64,000 nt of DNA from Hyphomicrobiales bacterium (GTDB lineage: Bacteria; Pseudomonadota; Alphaproteobacteria; Rhizobiales; MH13). This document shows, piece after piece, positions 8,843 through 17,825 of this stretch; within the stretch, counting starts at the first letter, position 1; each line of letters starts with the position of its first letter. Under the pieces are notes generated by a model. It made no database searches. It was not told the origin of the DNA and saw nothing but the letters and a program-made list of their open reading frames with translations. A program made the translations under genes and the position numbers. Location of the stretch: assembly GCA_965601715.1 (NCBI GenBank), contig OZ271835.1, positions 2,777,303 through 2,841,302 of the forward strand, read 5' to 3'.

Positions 8843-9680
8843 CGTCGTCCATCAAAGGGTCCGGCGCCATAACCTTTTCATAGGTCCGGAAGGGCAGAAG
8901 CAAACTCCAAACCAAGCCTGTCGGCTGACGGTTTTGGTGCTCTACCAAACCAATCGTCATGCCCTCTTGGCCCATCACCGGATCAACCGTGTAAACCCCG
9001 AACAACCGGTCCCAAACAGAAAGGTTGAAGCCGTAATTGGTGTTGGTTTCCCGCTCGATGATCGAGTGGTGGATGCGATGCATGTCCGGGGTCACCACGA
9101 GCGGACGGATCAACCGGTCGAGCCAAAGCGGCAGCTTAATGTTGGAATGGTTGAACATAGCCATGCCATTGAGGATGATCTCAAAAATCAGAACCGCGAT
9201 AGCTGGAGCGCCTAGCAAGGCAACGATCGCGCCTTTCCAGACCATCGAGACGATGATCTCCAACGGGTGGAAACGCAGCGCACTGGTTACGTCCAAATCG
9301 ACGTCCGCATGGTGCACCTTATGGATCCGCCAAAGGAGCGGCCAGTGATGCGAGACCACATGCTCCAGCCAGACCGCGAAATCGAGAACGACGATCACAA
9401 TGAGCGCGGCGACGATTGGCGGCACGTCGACCAAGTTGAACAGGCCGACGCCTGCCGTTTCCGCCCAAAGCGCCACGCCCACCGCAGCCGCCGGAAACAC
9501 AACACGCAGCACGATGGAGTCGATGATAAGCATGCCCCAATTGGTCAGCCAGCGACGGCCACGCGCGGGGTATCGCTCGCGACGAGGCAAGAACTGTTCA
9601 AACAGCGCCATGCTGGCAAAGATGCCGACAAAGGCGGCGAGACGGACGGTGGCTTCAGAAAATTCGGGCAAGGCGGGCAC
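8802..9680 (-). CDS. Sterol desaturase / fatty-acid hydroxylase family protein
   Basis: His boxes HVVSH, HKVHH, FNHSN, HRIHH; NYGFNLSVWDRLFG. Confidence 0.88.
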   Translation of the reverse strand: MPALPEFSEATVRLAAFVGIFASMALFEQFLPRRERYPARGRRWLTNWGMLIIDSIVLRVVFPAAAVGVALWAETAGVGLFNLVDVPPIVAALIVIVVLDFAVWLEHVVSHHWPLLWRIHKVHHADVDLDVTSALRFHPLEIIVSMVWKGAIVALLGAPAIAVLIFEIILNGMAMFNHSNIKLPLWLDRLIRPLVVTPDMHRIHHSIIERETNTNYGFNLSVWDRLFGVYTVDPVMGQEGMTIGLVEHQNRQPTGLVWSLLLPFRTYEKVMAPDPLMDDVKAPKGPTETTSA

Positions 9681-9792
9681 GTGCTTATTGAGACTGATCC
9701 GGTCCCTATAAGATAGTTACCCTTCACCGTCGCCTCAAACCCGCGTGAGTGCGACATCTACGCCAACGGGCGAAACCATTGCCGCAAGTGGA

Positions 9793-9827
9793 AAGGGCGG
9801 GAGCGGAAACCGTCCGCTGCCGCCCTT
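9793..9827 (-). terminator. GC-rich hairpin downstream of the mini-lipoprotein; probable terminator
   Basis: AAGGGCGG...CCGCCCTT outer stem with AGCGGA/TCCGCT inner stem; weak U-tract. Confidence 0.5.
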
Positions 9828-9843
9828 GGCCTTTGTGCCGATT

Positions 9844-9954
9844 CTAATAGTCGGAACTTTGGTAGATCCCTCCGGACCGATCGTACGAAGGGCCGTAGCC
9901 GTTACACGCCGTCAGGGCCAACAGACTTAGGAGCAAAACAACAGTCGTTTTCAT
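9844..9954 (-). CDS. Unannotated 36-aa lipoprotein MKTTVVLLLSLLALTACNGYGPSYDRSGGIYQSSDY
   Basis: Manual translation: basic N-terminus, hydrophobic core, lipobox LTA|C. Starts 13 nt after the upstream stop with AGGGA between; hairpin follows. Confidence 0.75.
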   Translation of the reverse strand: MKTTVVLLLSLLALTACNGYGPSYDRSGGIYQSSDY

Positions 9955-9966
9955 TGTCCGCGATCC

Positions 9967-10341
9967 CTAGCCGCGAACCACGTCCCAGACACCACCGACG
10001 CCGTCGCCAGTTGCATCGCCGCGCTGCTGGTCGCCTTGCCAGAAATAGAGCGGTTGGCCGTCCAGCGTCCATTGGCGTGTACCATCACGCCGTTCGATGA
10101 TGCCCAGATTGCCATCCGCGGAGGCCGATGCGCTCGCGGTGAACGGTGGCCAAGCGGCAGCACAGCTATCGTAACAGTTTGAGACATTCGCCGCATCATT
10201 GCGGAACGTATACAGCGTCATGCCATTGCTGGCGGCGGCGACAACGTCACCCATGGAAGAGTCGACAACAACAAGTGTCTCGGCGGTCGCGGGAGCGGCA
10301 AACAGAGTTACGAGTGCGGCGGCAAGCAGTTTACGTTTCAT
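9967..10341 (-). CDS. Secreted COG4315-type (Y-X4-D repeat) protein
   Basis: Signal peptide MKRKLLAAALVTLFAAPATA; GMTLYTFRND, CAAAWPP, QWTLDGQPLYFWQGD...GDGVGGVWDVV; AAGGA RBS before 10341. Confidence 0.85.
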   Translation of the reverse strand: MKRKLLAAALVTLFAAPATAETLVVVDSSMGDVVAAASNGMTLYTFRNDAANVSNCYDSCAAAWPPFTASASASADGNLGIIERRDGTRQWTLDGQPLYFWQGDQQRGDATGDGVGGVWDVVRG

Positions 10342-10398
10342 AGGATCAGTTCCTTGGGTTGAAGGTGGCAAGCGGGATGCTCTGCCTTCCTGATCGGC

Positions 10399-10425
10399 TC
10401 TACGCCCTGGCCGATCCGAATATTC
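10399..10425 (-). promoter_or_regulatory. ECF-type promoter GAATA-N16-CGTAGA driving the COG4315/mini-lipoprotein operon
   Basis: Minus strand reads gaata ttcggatcggccaggg cgtaga; a matching copy lies on the plus strand at 10447-10473. Confidence 0.6.
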
Positions 10426-10445
10426 TCGCCGCTCCAAAAAAAGTT

Positions 10446-10473
10446 GAAATAATCTCGCCAGCCCGCGCGTAGA
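10446..10473 (+). promoter_or_regulatory. ECF-type promoter GAAATA-N16-CGTAGA driving the sigma/anti-sigma operon (probable autoregulation)
   Basis: gaaata atctcgccagcccgcg cgtaga; same -10 hexamer and spacing as the divergent copy. Confidence 0.6.
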
Positions 10474-10646
10474 TGGAATGAGCATCTCTCCAGGAGCATT
10501 CTATGCAAACCGTCGTGGCAGCACCTGACCTGCCATCTCGACATTGCTATCCGTCGCCAACTGGCGCATGGATTCGTCTATGCGAACAGGCACGACCGAC
10601 CCCACACAGGTCGCGCCGGGATTGTGAGCAACCGTCGGATGGTATC

Positions 10647-11150
10647 GTGTCGGAAGACTTGAAATCGGCTCTCGTTGGTATTCTACCCCAGCTGCGCCGT
10701 TTCGCGCGGACTTTGACGCGCTCCGCAACCGAGGCTGATGATCTGGTGCAGGAGGCGTGCCTGCGCGCGCTTGCAAAAGGACATTTGTGGGATCGTAGCC
10801 AGCCGTTGGACCGTTGGATGTTTCGCCTCACCCGAAATTTGTGGATCGGTGAGATACGCAAACGCAAAGTCCGCTTAGGCGAAGGCCATGTGCCTGCGGA
10901 TGAATCCAATGAGCTTGTGAGCCATGAAACAGGCGAAGCCGCGATGTCGGCAAAAGACATTCGATCCAAGATTGATGCCCTACCAAGTGAGCTGTCGTCG
11001 GTCCTGCTTGTGGTATCCGTTGAGGGCTACAGCTATGCTGAGGCTGCAGACCTTCTCGATATTCCCGTTGGCACGGTCATGAGCCGCTTGCACCGGGCCC
11101 GTAAAACACTAGCCGGGCAGTTGGCCGACGGCCAGGGAGGGACGTCGTGA
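10647..11150 (+). CDS. ECF RNA polymerase sigma factor
   Basis: LRRFARTLTRSATEADDLVQEACLRAL (region 2); YAEAADLLDIPVGTVMSRLHRAR (region 4). GTG start at 10647 is inferred; ORF is open from 10503. Confidence 0.9.
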   Translation: MSEDLKSALVGILPQLRRFARTLTRSATEADDLVQEACLRALAKGHLWDRSQPLDRWMFRLTRNLWIGEIRKRKVRLGEGHVPADESNELVSHETGEAAMSAKDIRSKIDALPSELSSVLLVVSVEGYSYAEAADLLDIPVGTVMSRLHRARKTLAGQLADGQGGTS

Positions 11151-11965
11151 TGATCACCAGCGTACAACTGAGTGCCTTCTTGGACGGCGAATTACCGCCG
11201 AGCGAACAGCATGCCATTGAAAAGGCCCTTGCCGAGGATCCCGCTCTTCAAGCCGAGCTGGAAGCTTTGATGGCAGCCGACACACTAGCCCAGACGGAGT
11301 TTTCGGATCGGCTGGCTGAACCCGTGCCTGACGCGTTGCTAGCCGCCATCCAGAATGCCCCAACCCCAGGCATTGAGACATCCATGCCATCCATCCAAAT
11401 GCCAGACGGCCAGCCATCGCCGCTGCAACGAGCCGGAGGCCTCCGACCCTGGATGATGGCGGCTGCGGCTGCCCTGACATTGGTGATCGGCGGAGTCGGT
11501 GGATATGTGGCGGGTCTGAACACCGGCGCGCAGCAAGTGGCCGCGGCTCCTGGTTGGTTGAACGCGATAGCCGACTACCATGCAATCTATGCGGGCCAAA
11601 CGCGCCACTTGGTCGAGGTTGGAGCCGACGAAACGGACCACATCCAAACCTGGTTGACAGGAACGCTTGGGGAACAAGTGACGATCCCCGATCTTTCCGC
11701 GCAGGGTCTGTCCTTCCAGGGCGCACGCCTTTTGGTCGCTGCTGGCAAACCGGTCGCTCAGTTGATGTATCTTGATGGCGACGGTGCGGTGGTTGCCCTT
11801 TGCCAGATTCAATCCCCCAACTCAAATGATGGCTTCGCGCAGCACACGATCGGCGCTTTTGATATGGTCTCGTGGGGCGGTGATGGATCGAATTTTGTTG
11901 TCGTGGGGGACACCAGCCGTGACGGCCTTGACGCTGTCGCACAGGCGGCGGCTTCGCAGGTCTAG
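11147..11965 (+). CDS. Transmembrane anti-sigma factor
   Basis: LSAFLDGEL N-terminal anti-sigma domain, one TM helix, periplasmic PDLSAQGLSFQGARLL domain; GTGA overlap with the sigma gene. Confidence 0.85.
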   Translation: MMITSVQLSAFLDGELPPSEQHAIEKALAEDPALQAELEALMAADTLAQTEFSDRLAEPVPDALLAAIQNAPTPGIETSMPSIQMPDGQPSPLQRAGGLRPWMMAAAAALTLVIGGVGGYVAGLNTGAQQVAAAPGWLNAIADYHAIYAGQTRHLVEVGADETDHIQTWLTGTLGEQVTIPDLSAQGLSFQGARLLVAAGKPVAQLMYLDGDGAVVALCQIQSPNSNDGFAQHTIGAFDMVSWGGDGSNFVVVGDTSRDGLDAVAQAAASQV

Positions 11966-12078
11966 ACCTGCCCGGGGTCACCCGGCTCCGCGTAGAGTGA
12001 CCGCCGTCGCCAGCCTGTCTTGATCGAACGCATACGCGGCTCGGTCTCGGGTCGACCGACCCACTTATCTTGCAATTG

Positions 12079-12543
12079 CTACGCAGATGACGGGGCGCTT
12101 TCAGCAGGTCCGCGCATCGTAATCCAGGCCCAAAAGCTTAGCGCCACAGCGCACGCAGAGATGATCGTCATCAGCGTTCCTGGAATGAAGTTCACATAGC
12201 CGGGAAAGTCGACGAACAGCAGATAGCCGACATCGGCCAGGCCGCCAGTCAGGGCCGCCACCCAGATAGCGGTGGTGTTGACACGCCAAATGAAAACGGC
12301 AGCCACTATGGTGGTCAGCCCAATCCAAAGCAGGTTGAAGCCATGTTGGTTCAAAATGCCCCCGACAGCCGGATGATAGTCGGCCACAATGGCTGCGGGG
12401 TCTATGGCGTCGGCGATGGCGGCAAAGCCTCCACTTGCATCCTGCGAGATAATCATCACGCCGGCGAGCATGTGAACAAGACCCCAAATAACCCAGAGAA
12501 CCGCCGCAACTTTTAGTGCGGTCGACGTTAGTGCGGTTGGCAT
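12079..12543 (-). CDS. Hypothetical membrane protein (about 4 TM helices)
   Basis: 154-aa hydrophobic ORF divergent from a MarR gene; His residues in or near TM segments. Confidence 0.75.
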   Translation of the reverse strand: MPTALTSTALKVAAVLWVIWGLVHMLAGVMIISQDASGGFAAIADAIDPAAIVADYHPAVGGILNQHGFNLLWIGLTTIVAAVFIWRVNTTAIWVAALTGGLADVGYLLFVDFPGYVNFIPGTLMTIISACAVALSFWAWITMRGPAESAPSSA

Positions 12544-12574
12544 GGCAAACCCTCAGCGAAAAGATATCAAGATA

Positions 12575-12616
12575 GTTGATATTATCAATCAAATCTAGTT
12601 CGTTGACTTTGTCAAT
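12575..12616. promoter_or_regulatory. Two inverted-repeat operators GTTGAY-N3-RTCAAT in the divergent MarR intergenic region
   Basis: gttgatattatcaat (12575-12589) and gttgactttgtcaat (12602-12616). Confidence 0.6.
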
Positions 12617-12628
12617 TAGGGGAGGGCC

Positions 12629-13069
12629 ATGTCGGATACAGATTTGGCCATTTTGTTGGATCGATTGGTGCGCCGTTTGCACGCCGATCTTCAAAGGAAA
12701 GCGCCGAGCTTCGATCCTCACCGTGTGGGGCCAGGCGGTGGCATGATGTTATTGACGCTCGCCGAGTTAGGCGAAGTCCCCATGCATGAACTCGCCCGTA
12801 CCCTTGTCCGCGACAAGGCTCAGGTCACACGTGAGGTGCGCGGTCTGGAAACCAAAGGAATGGTTCAACGAACCGCATCAACCGTTGATCAGCGTGTTGT
12901 GCTGCTATCACTCACGTCGGCAGGGGCTGAGTTTGTCGAAACGATACAGAAGGAGCTGGCCGAGACCGTGGATGATCAACTCGGCCTATTGGACGACAAC
13001 GAGAAACGCCAATTGCAAACATTGCTGGCCACTGCGGTTGGGCCAGCGTCGCCGAAGGAGCGCCCTTAA
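12629..13069 (+). CDS. MarR-family transcriptional regulator
   Basis: Winged HTH: ELARTLVRDKAQVTREVRGLETKGMVQR...DQRVVLLSLT. Confidence 0.88.
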   Translation: MSDTDLAILLDRLVRRLHADLQRKAPSFDPHRVGPGGGMMLLTLAELGEVPMHELARTLVRDKAQVTREVRGLETKGMVQRTASTVDQRVVLLSLTSAGAEFVETIQKELAETVDDQLGLLDDNEKRQLQTLLATAVGPASPKERP

Positions 13070-13476
13070 CCGGCCCGATAGCGCGCCATGGCGGAGCGTT
13101 CCAGCGCCGCGACGGTCAGTTTGTCGAGGCCGAAGGCATCGCGCAGCATTTGCAGCATACGCAGCTCTTCCTGGCGCAGCGAAAGGTCAGCCGCCGCGAC
13201 CTCCACACCGCAAGCATAGGCGGTATCAACCAACCGTTCAGGCACCGCCTCGGCAATCGCTTTAAGCACCGATTCCAGGCCACCTTCTTCCGAAAGAGCA
13301 TGGCTGGCGGTTTCAGCAGTCGCCACCAGCCGATCCTTCGAGTAACCGTCAAAAACGGGGAACGTGTTGACCACCTGCCCGATCTTGGCCAATTCCTCGT
13401 CGTTCATGGTGCGGTCGGCGGCGGACACCATCACCATAAGCATCACCAGCGCGTCTTGTGCAGACAAGTCAGACAT
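13066..13476 (-). CDS. TerB-family (tellurite-resistance-like) protein
   Basis: MVSAADRTMNDEEL...AAADLSLRQEELRMLQMLRDAFGL pattern; adjacent to lysS as is usual in Rhizobiales. Confidence 0.8.
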   Translation of the reverse strand: MSDLSAQDALVMLMVMVSAADRTMNDEELAKIGQVVNTFPVFDGYSKDRLVATAETASHALSEEGGLESVLKAIAEAVPERLVDTAYACGVEVAAADLSLRQEELRMLQMLRDAFGLDKLTVAALERSAMARYRAG

Positions 13477-13639
13477 CGAGCATTTCCCTCATTGCGGTTT
13501 GACGCAGCTTCGCATCCCTGAACGCTGGCCATTTGTAATCTTGCTGCGACCAAGCTAGGAACGCGCGCGTCCACCTGCAAGGCTTGCGCCTACAAAGGTG
13601 ACGTCCCCCCAACCAAAGGCTGACCCAAAAGGCGACCCA

Positions 13640-15280
13640 ATGCCCACGCTACCTGCTGCCGACCTCGATCCTGATCTGCTCGACGCCGCAACCAAGGCCA
13701 AAGCTTGGCCGTTTGAAGAGGCCCGCAAGCTTATCAAGCGCATCGAAAAGTCCGGCAAGACGGACCCGGTTCTTTTCGAGACGGGCTACGGACCGTCTGG
13801 CCTACCGCACATTGGCACCTTCGGTGAGGTCGCGCGCACATCCATGGTGCGCCACGCCTTCCACGTGCTCACCAATGGCAAGGTGGAAACCCGCCTGATT
13901 GCTTTTTCCGACGACATGGACGGCATGCGCAAAGTGCCTGGCAATGTGCCAAACCAGGATATGCTCGAAGCGCACATCGGTAAGCCGCTGACGGTCGTGC
14001 CCAATCCATTTGGCGGCGATGAGCCAAGCTTCGCGCATCACAACAACGCCAAGCTGCGCGCATTCCTTGACCGCTTCGGCTTTGATTATGAGTTCGCCTC
14101 CGCCACCGACTATTACACGTCTGGCAAGTTTGACGCGATGCTGGTGCGCACGCTGGAGCGTTATCAGAAAATCATGGACGTCATGCTGCCGACGCTGGGC
14201 GAAGAACGCCAAGCCACCTACTCGCCCATTCTCCCGATCTCACCCACCACCGGCCGTGTGCTCTACGTGCCGATGAAGGAGGTGAATCCCGACGATGCGA
14301 CAGTCACCTTTGAAGATGAAGACGGCCGCGATGTAACGCTTGATGTGCGCGGCGGCAATGCCAAGCTCCAATGGAAGCCTGATTTCGGCATGCGTTGGGC
14401 CGCGCTTGATGTCGATTTCGAGATGTACGGCAAAGACCACCAAGCCAACACGGTCGTCTATGACAAGATTTGCCGCATCCTCGGGGGGACGCCGCCCGAG
14501 CACTATGTTTACGAGCTGTTTCTCGACGAAAAAGGCGAAAAAATCTCCAAAACGAAGGGCAATGGGATCAGCATTGATGAATGGCTGAACTATGCCTCAT
14601 CGGAGAGCTTGGCCCTGTTCATGTTTCAGAAACCGCGCACGGCGAAACGGCTTTATTTCGATGTGATCCCGCGGGCGGTGGACGAGTACTTCCAGCATCT
14701 CAATGCCTTCGATCGGCAAGACGCAAACCAGAGGCTCGCGAACCCGTCCTACCACATCCATTCCGGCGCGCCGGAAGCGGTGGAGCTGCCAGTCAACTTC
14801 TCCATGCTGTTGAACTTGGCAAGCGCAGCAAACGCGCATGACGAAGACGTGCTTTGGGGCTTCATTAGCCGCTACACCCACGGTTTGGCGAAGGGCGACA
14901 ACCCGACCTTCGACGCGCTGGTTGGGTCTGCAGTGCGCTACTTCGAAGATCGTGTGGCACCGGGCAAACGCTACCGGGCACCGACCGACGAGGAACGCGC
15001 TGCGCTGGAAGAATTGGCATCGAAGCTAGATGGTATGGAAAGCGAAGACGCCGTGACACTTCAAGGCGCCGTCTATGATGTTGGCCGCGCGCACTTCCCT
15101 GACCATAACAAACCCAACAAAGACGGCACGCCTGGCGTGTCCGTCACCTGGTTCTCGGCGCTCTATCAAATCCTGCTCGGTGAAGAAAAAGGACCTCGCT
15201 TTGGCTCGTTCGTGGAGCTTTATGGTGTGCCGGAAACCCGCGCTCTTATCGCCAAGGCGTTGGCGGGTGAGTTGAGCTAG
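13640..15280 (+). CDS. lysS: Lysine--tRNA ligase, class I
   Basis: [14 protein letters not shown] (HIGH-like) and KISKTKGN (KMSKS-like) motifs; GPRFGSF C-terminus. Confidence 0.95.
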   Translation: MPTLPAADLDPDLLDAATKAKAWPFEEARKLIKRIEKSGKTDPVLFETGYGPSGLPHIGTFGEVARTSMVRHAFHVLTNGKVETRLIAFSDDMDGMRKVPGNVPNQDMLEAHIGKPLTVVPNPFGGDEPSFAHHNNAKLRAFLDRFGFDYEFASATDYYTSGKFDAMLVRTLERYQKIMDVMLPTLGEERQATYSPILPISPTTGRVLYVPMKEVNPDDATVTFEDEDGRDVTLDVRGGNAKLQWKPDFGMRWAALDVDFEMYGKDHQANTVVYDKICRILGGTPPEHYVYELFLDEKGEKISKTKGNGISIDEWLNYASSESLALFMFQKPRTAKRLYFDVIPRAVDEYFQHLNAFDRQDANQRLANPSYHIHSGAPEAVELPVNFSMLLNLASAANAHDEDVLWGFISRYTHGLAKGDNPTFDALVGSAVRYFEDRVAPGKRYRAPTDEERAALEELASKLDGMESEDAVTLQGAVYDVGRAHFPDHNKPNKDGTPGVSVTWFSALYQILLGEEKGPRFGSFVELYGVPETRALIAKALAGELS

Positions 15281-15312
15281 ACCGCGCGCCCTGTGCTAGG
15301 CAAGGAGCCGAC

Positions 15313-15723
15313 ATGCCCCTGTTCAAAGTACCAAAGCTGTTCAAGGACCCGAGCCGACCAGATCCGGTGGAGGCCTTTATCAAAGCCTATGTTGCGATGG
15401 ACGTCGACGGCATGCTTGCTCCCCTGGCCGACGATGTCGTGTTCAAAAGCAAAGTCGGCAGCGAGCTCCTTGCGGAGGCCAACAACAAGGAAGAGTTCGA
15501 GGCCCATGCACGCGCCGACGTGAGGGCCTTCAAGCAGCGCACCCAGACGATCAAGAAGACCTTCAACATGGGGCCCACCACCATTGTGACGTTCCAGCGC
15601 GACAGCGTAGTCGCCAAAGACATGCCCAATGGCTGGAAAGCGGGCCAAGAGCTTCAACTCCGCGGCGCAACCGAGTTTCAACTACGCGACAACACGATCG
15701 TGCGCATCACCGATCAGTGCTAG
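15313..15723 (+). CDS. SnoaL/NTF2-like protein
   Basis: VEAFIKAYVAMDVDGMLAPLADDVVF...GATEFQLRDNTIVRITD; AAGGAG RBS. Confidence 0.8.
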   Translation: MPLFKVPKLFKDPSRPDPVEAFIKAYVAMDVDGMLAPLADDVVFKSKVGSELLAEANNKEEFEAHARADVRAFKQRTQTIKKTFNMGPTTIVTFQRDSVVAKDMPNGWKAGQELQLRGATEFQLRDNTIVRITDQC

Positions 15724-15736
15724 CAGACGCAGAACC

Positions 15737-16636
15737 ATGGTTACCGTCGCCGCCCTCTACCATTTCGCCACAGTGCCCGACACAGCTGCCCTACAGGGAC
15801 CGCTGAAGACGCTGTGTGCACAAGGTGGTGTGATGGGCTCGCTCCTGCTGGCCAAGGAAGGCATCAACGGGACGATCGCCGGCCCCCGCGCTGGCGTCGA
15901 TGCGGTGATCGCTCATATCCGCGCGCTGCCTGGTTTTGCCGATTTGGAGTGGAAGGAAAGCACAGCCGGTGAAATGCCGTTCAAGCGCATGAAGGTGCGC
16001 CTGAAACGTGAGATCGTCACCATGGGTCAGCCGGAGGTCGACCCGACATGTGCTGTTGGCCGCTATGTCGAGCCTGACGACTGGAACGCGTTCATCAGCC
16101 AGCCCGATGTGGTGGTGATCGACACCCGTAACACCTACGAAACCTCCATCGGCACGTTTGAAGGCGCTATCGACCCAGGCACCCGCACTTTTGGCCAGTT
16201 CCCGTCTTGGTGGGAGCAGAACGCCGAGCGTTTTCACAACAAGCGTATTGCCATGTTTTGCACCGGGGGTATCCGCTGTGAAAAGTCGACCGGTTACCTG
16301 GTCCAGCAGGGCGTTGAGGAGGTCTACCACCTCAAAGGCGGTATCCTGAAATACCTTGAAACGGTGCCCGCTGAGGAAAGCCTTTGGCGTGGCGACTGCT
16401 TCGTCTTCGATGAGCGTGTCTCCGTCGGTCACGGGCTGGTGGAGGGCGACCATTCGCTGTGCCGTGCTTGCGGTCGCCCGCTCAACGAAGCAGAGCGCAA
16501 CCACCCGGATTATGAACTCGGCGTGCAATGCCAGCACTGTGTTGAGGAGTACACCGACAAGGCGCGCGCCCGTTTCCGCCAACGCCAAAAGCAGATGGAG
16601 TTAGAAGCGCGCCGCAAACTGATGGCGGCCGAGTAG
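15737..16636 (+). CDS. trhO: Rhodanese-related tRNA U34 hydroxylase (UPF0176/YceA)
   Basis: EGINGT, RMKVRLKREIVTMG, DTRNTYE, FCTGGIRCEK, CFVFDERV. Confidence 0.9.
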   Translation: MVTVAALYHFATVPDTAALQGPLKTLCAQGGVMGSLLLAKEGINGTIAGPRAGVDAVIAHIRALPGFADLEWKESTAGEMPFKRMKVRLKREIVTMGQPEVDPTCAVGRYVEPDDWNAFISQPDVVVIDTRNTYETSIGTFEGAIDPGTRTFGQFPSWWEQNAERFHNKRIAMFCTGGIRCEKSTGYLVQQGVEEVYHLKGGILKYLETVPAEESLWRGDCFVFDERVSVGHGLVEGDHSLCRACGRPLNEAERNHPDYELGVQCQHCVEEYTDKARARFRQRQKQMELEARRKLMAAE

Positions 16637-16644
16637 CGAACGCG

Positions 16645-17400
16645 ATGCTGTTTTGGTTCCTGGCCGGTCTGGCCGCCTTTCTTCTCGGCCTGTCCAAGGG
16701 TGGCATGCCCGCAGTTGCGGTTCTGTCGGTGCCGCTGTTGTCGCTGGTTATGGATCCGATCCTGGCGGCTGGCCTTCTTCTGCCGCTTTATTTGGTGGCG
16801 GACTGGTACGCCATCTACCTGTTCCGCAAAGCGTTCTCGGTGCGCAATTTGAAGATACTTCTCCCGGCAGGTGCGATCGGGGTGTTGGCTGGCTTTTTTG
16901 CCGTCTCCAACGTGCCAACCGACGCTGTGAAGCTGTTGCTTGCCGTTATTGGCCTGTCTTACGTCGCCAACGCTTTCGTGAAGCGTCTTCGCAAAGGCGA
17001 CGTTCCACCGCGCCCAGCCGATGTGCCGCGCGGCCTGTTCTGGGGGTCGCTTGCTGGCTTGACCAGTTACATCGCGCACTCCGGTGCACCGCCCTACCAG
17101 ACCTATGTCTTGCCCCAGAAGCTGGAAAAGATGGTCTATCTCGGCACGACCACCATCTTCTTTGCCTCTGTGAACCTCCTAAAACTCCCGACATTTGTTC
17201 TGGCGGGCCAGATGACCTGGGATAGCTTGAGCCAGGCTGTCTGGCTGGCGCCTTTTGCGCTGCTTGGTGCTTGGAGCGGCGCACAAATCAGCCGCTTGCT
17301 GCCGGAGCGGATCTTCTTCTTTCTGGTCGAGATTGCTCTGGGCCTCGTTTCACTCAAATTGCTCTACGAAGTTATCGTTTCGCTCGCGGGTCTCGGCTAG
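16645..17400 (+). CDS. TauE/SafE sulfite exporter family membrane protein
   Basis: GLSKGG, HSGAPP and NLLKLP motifs; 8-9 TM helices. Confidence 0.85.
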   Translation: MLFWFLAGLAAFLLGLSKGGMPAVAVLSVPLLSLVMDPILAAGLLLPLYLVADWYAIYLFRKAFSVRNLKILLPAGAIGVLAGFFAVSNVPTDAVKLLLAVIGLSYVANAFVKRLRKGDVPPRPADVPRGLFWGSLAGLTSYIAHSGAPPYQTYVLPQKLEKMVYLGTTTIFFASVNLLKLPTFVLAGQMTWDSLSQAVWLAPFALLGAWSGAQISRLLPERIFFFLVEIALGLVSLKLLYEVIVSLAGLG

Positions 17401-17825
17401 TCCAGATCAACTTTCCCGCTGCGCCCACGCTTGATGGCACCACGTCTGGTCTTGGCCTCAAGGCGGCGTTTTTTCGATCCGAGTGTTGGCTTGGTGGCGA
17501 TGCGCTTTTTCGGCACATAGGCGGCACCCCGGATAACGCCAAACAGGCGATCGCGCGCGTCCTTGCGGTTCATTTCTTGGGTGCGATGCCGGTCCGCGAG
17601 GATCACCAGAACGCCATCCTTGGTAATACGGCTATCACCAGATGCAAGGATCTTGGCCTTCACGCGTTCTGGGAGGTTCGGCGAGCTGCGCACGTCGAAC
17701 CGAAGCTGCACGGCGGTCGCGACCTTGTTGACGTTCTGGCCGCCTGGGCCGCTGGCGCGAACGAAACTCTCGTGCAGCTCGTCATCGAACAGGGCGATGG
17801 ATGAGGTCACCTGGATGCGTGCCAT
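17397..17825 (-). CDS. arfB: Alternative ribosome rescue peptidyl-tRNA hydrolase
   Basis: RASGPGGQNVNKVATAVQLRFD (GGQ motif); basic tail TKPTLGSKKRRLEAK. Confidence 0.93.
   Translation of the reverse strand: MARIQVTSSIALFDDELHESFVRASGPGGQNVNKVATAVQLRFDVRSSPNLPERVKAKILASGDSRITKDGVLVILADRHRTQEMNRKDARDRLFGVIRGAAYVPKKRIATKPTLGSKKRRLEAKTRRGAIKRGRSGKVDLD

Noticed and set aside
9720-9728. CCCTTCACC matching the tRNA-Gly 3' end, as a possible attR
   Set aside because: Only 9 bp, plausible by chance. It would enclose core-looking genes, and no integrase is present.
12576-12588. TTGAT...ATCAA as an FNR/FixK box
   Set aside because: The spacer is 3 nt rather than 4, and a second similar repeat beside a MarR gene is better explained as a MarR operator.
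13640-15280. Class I LysRS as an archaeal-type horizontal transfer
   Set aside because: Class I lysS is normal in alphaproteobacteria.
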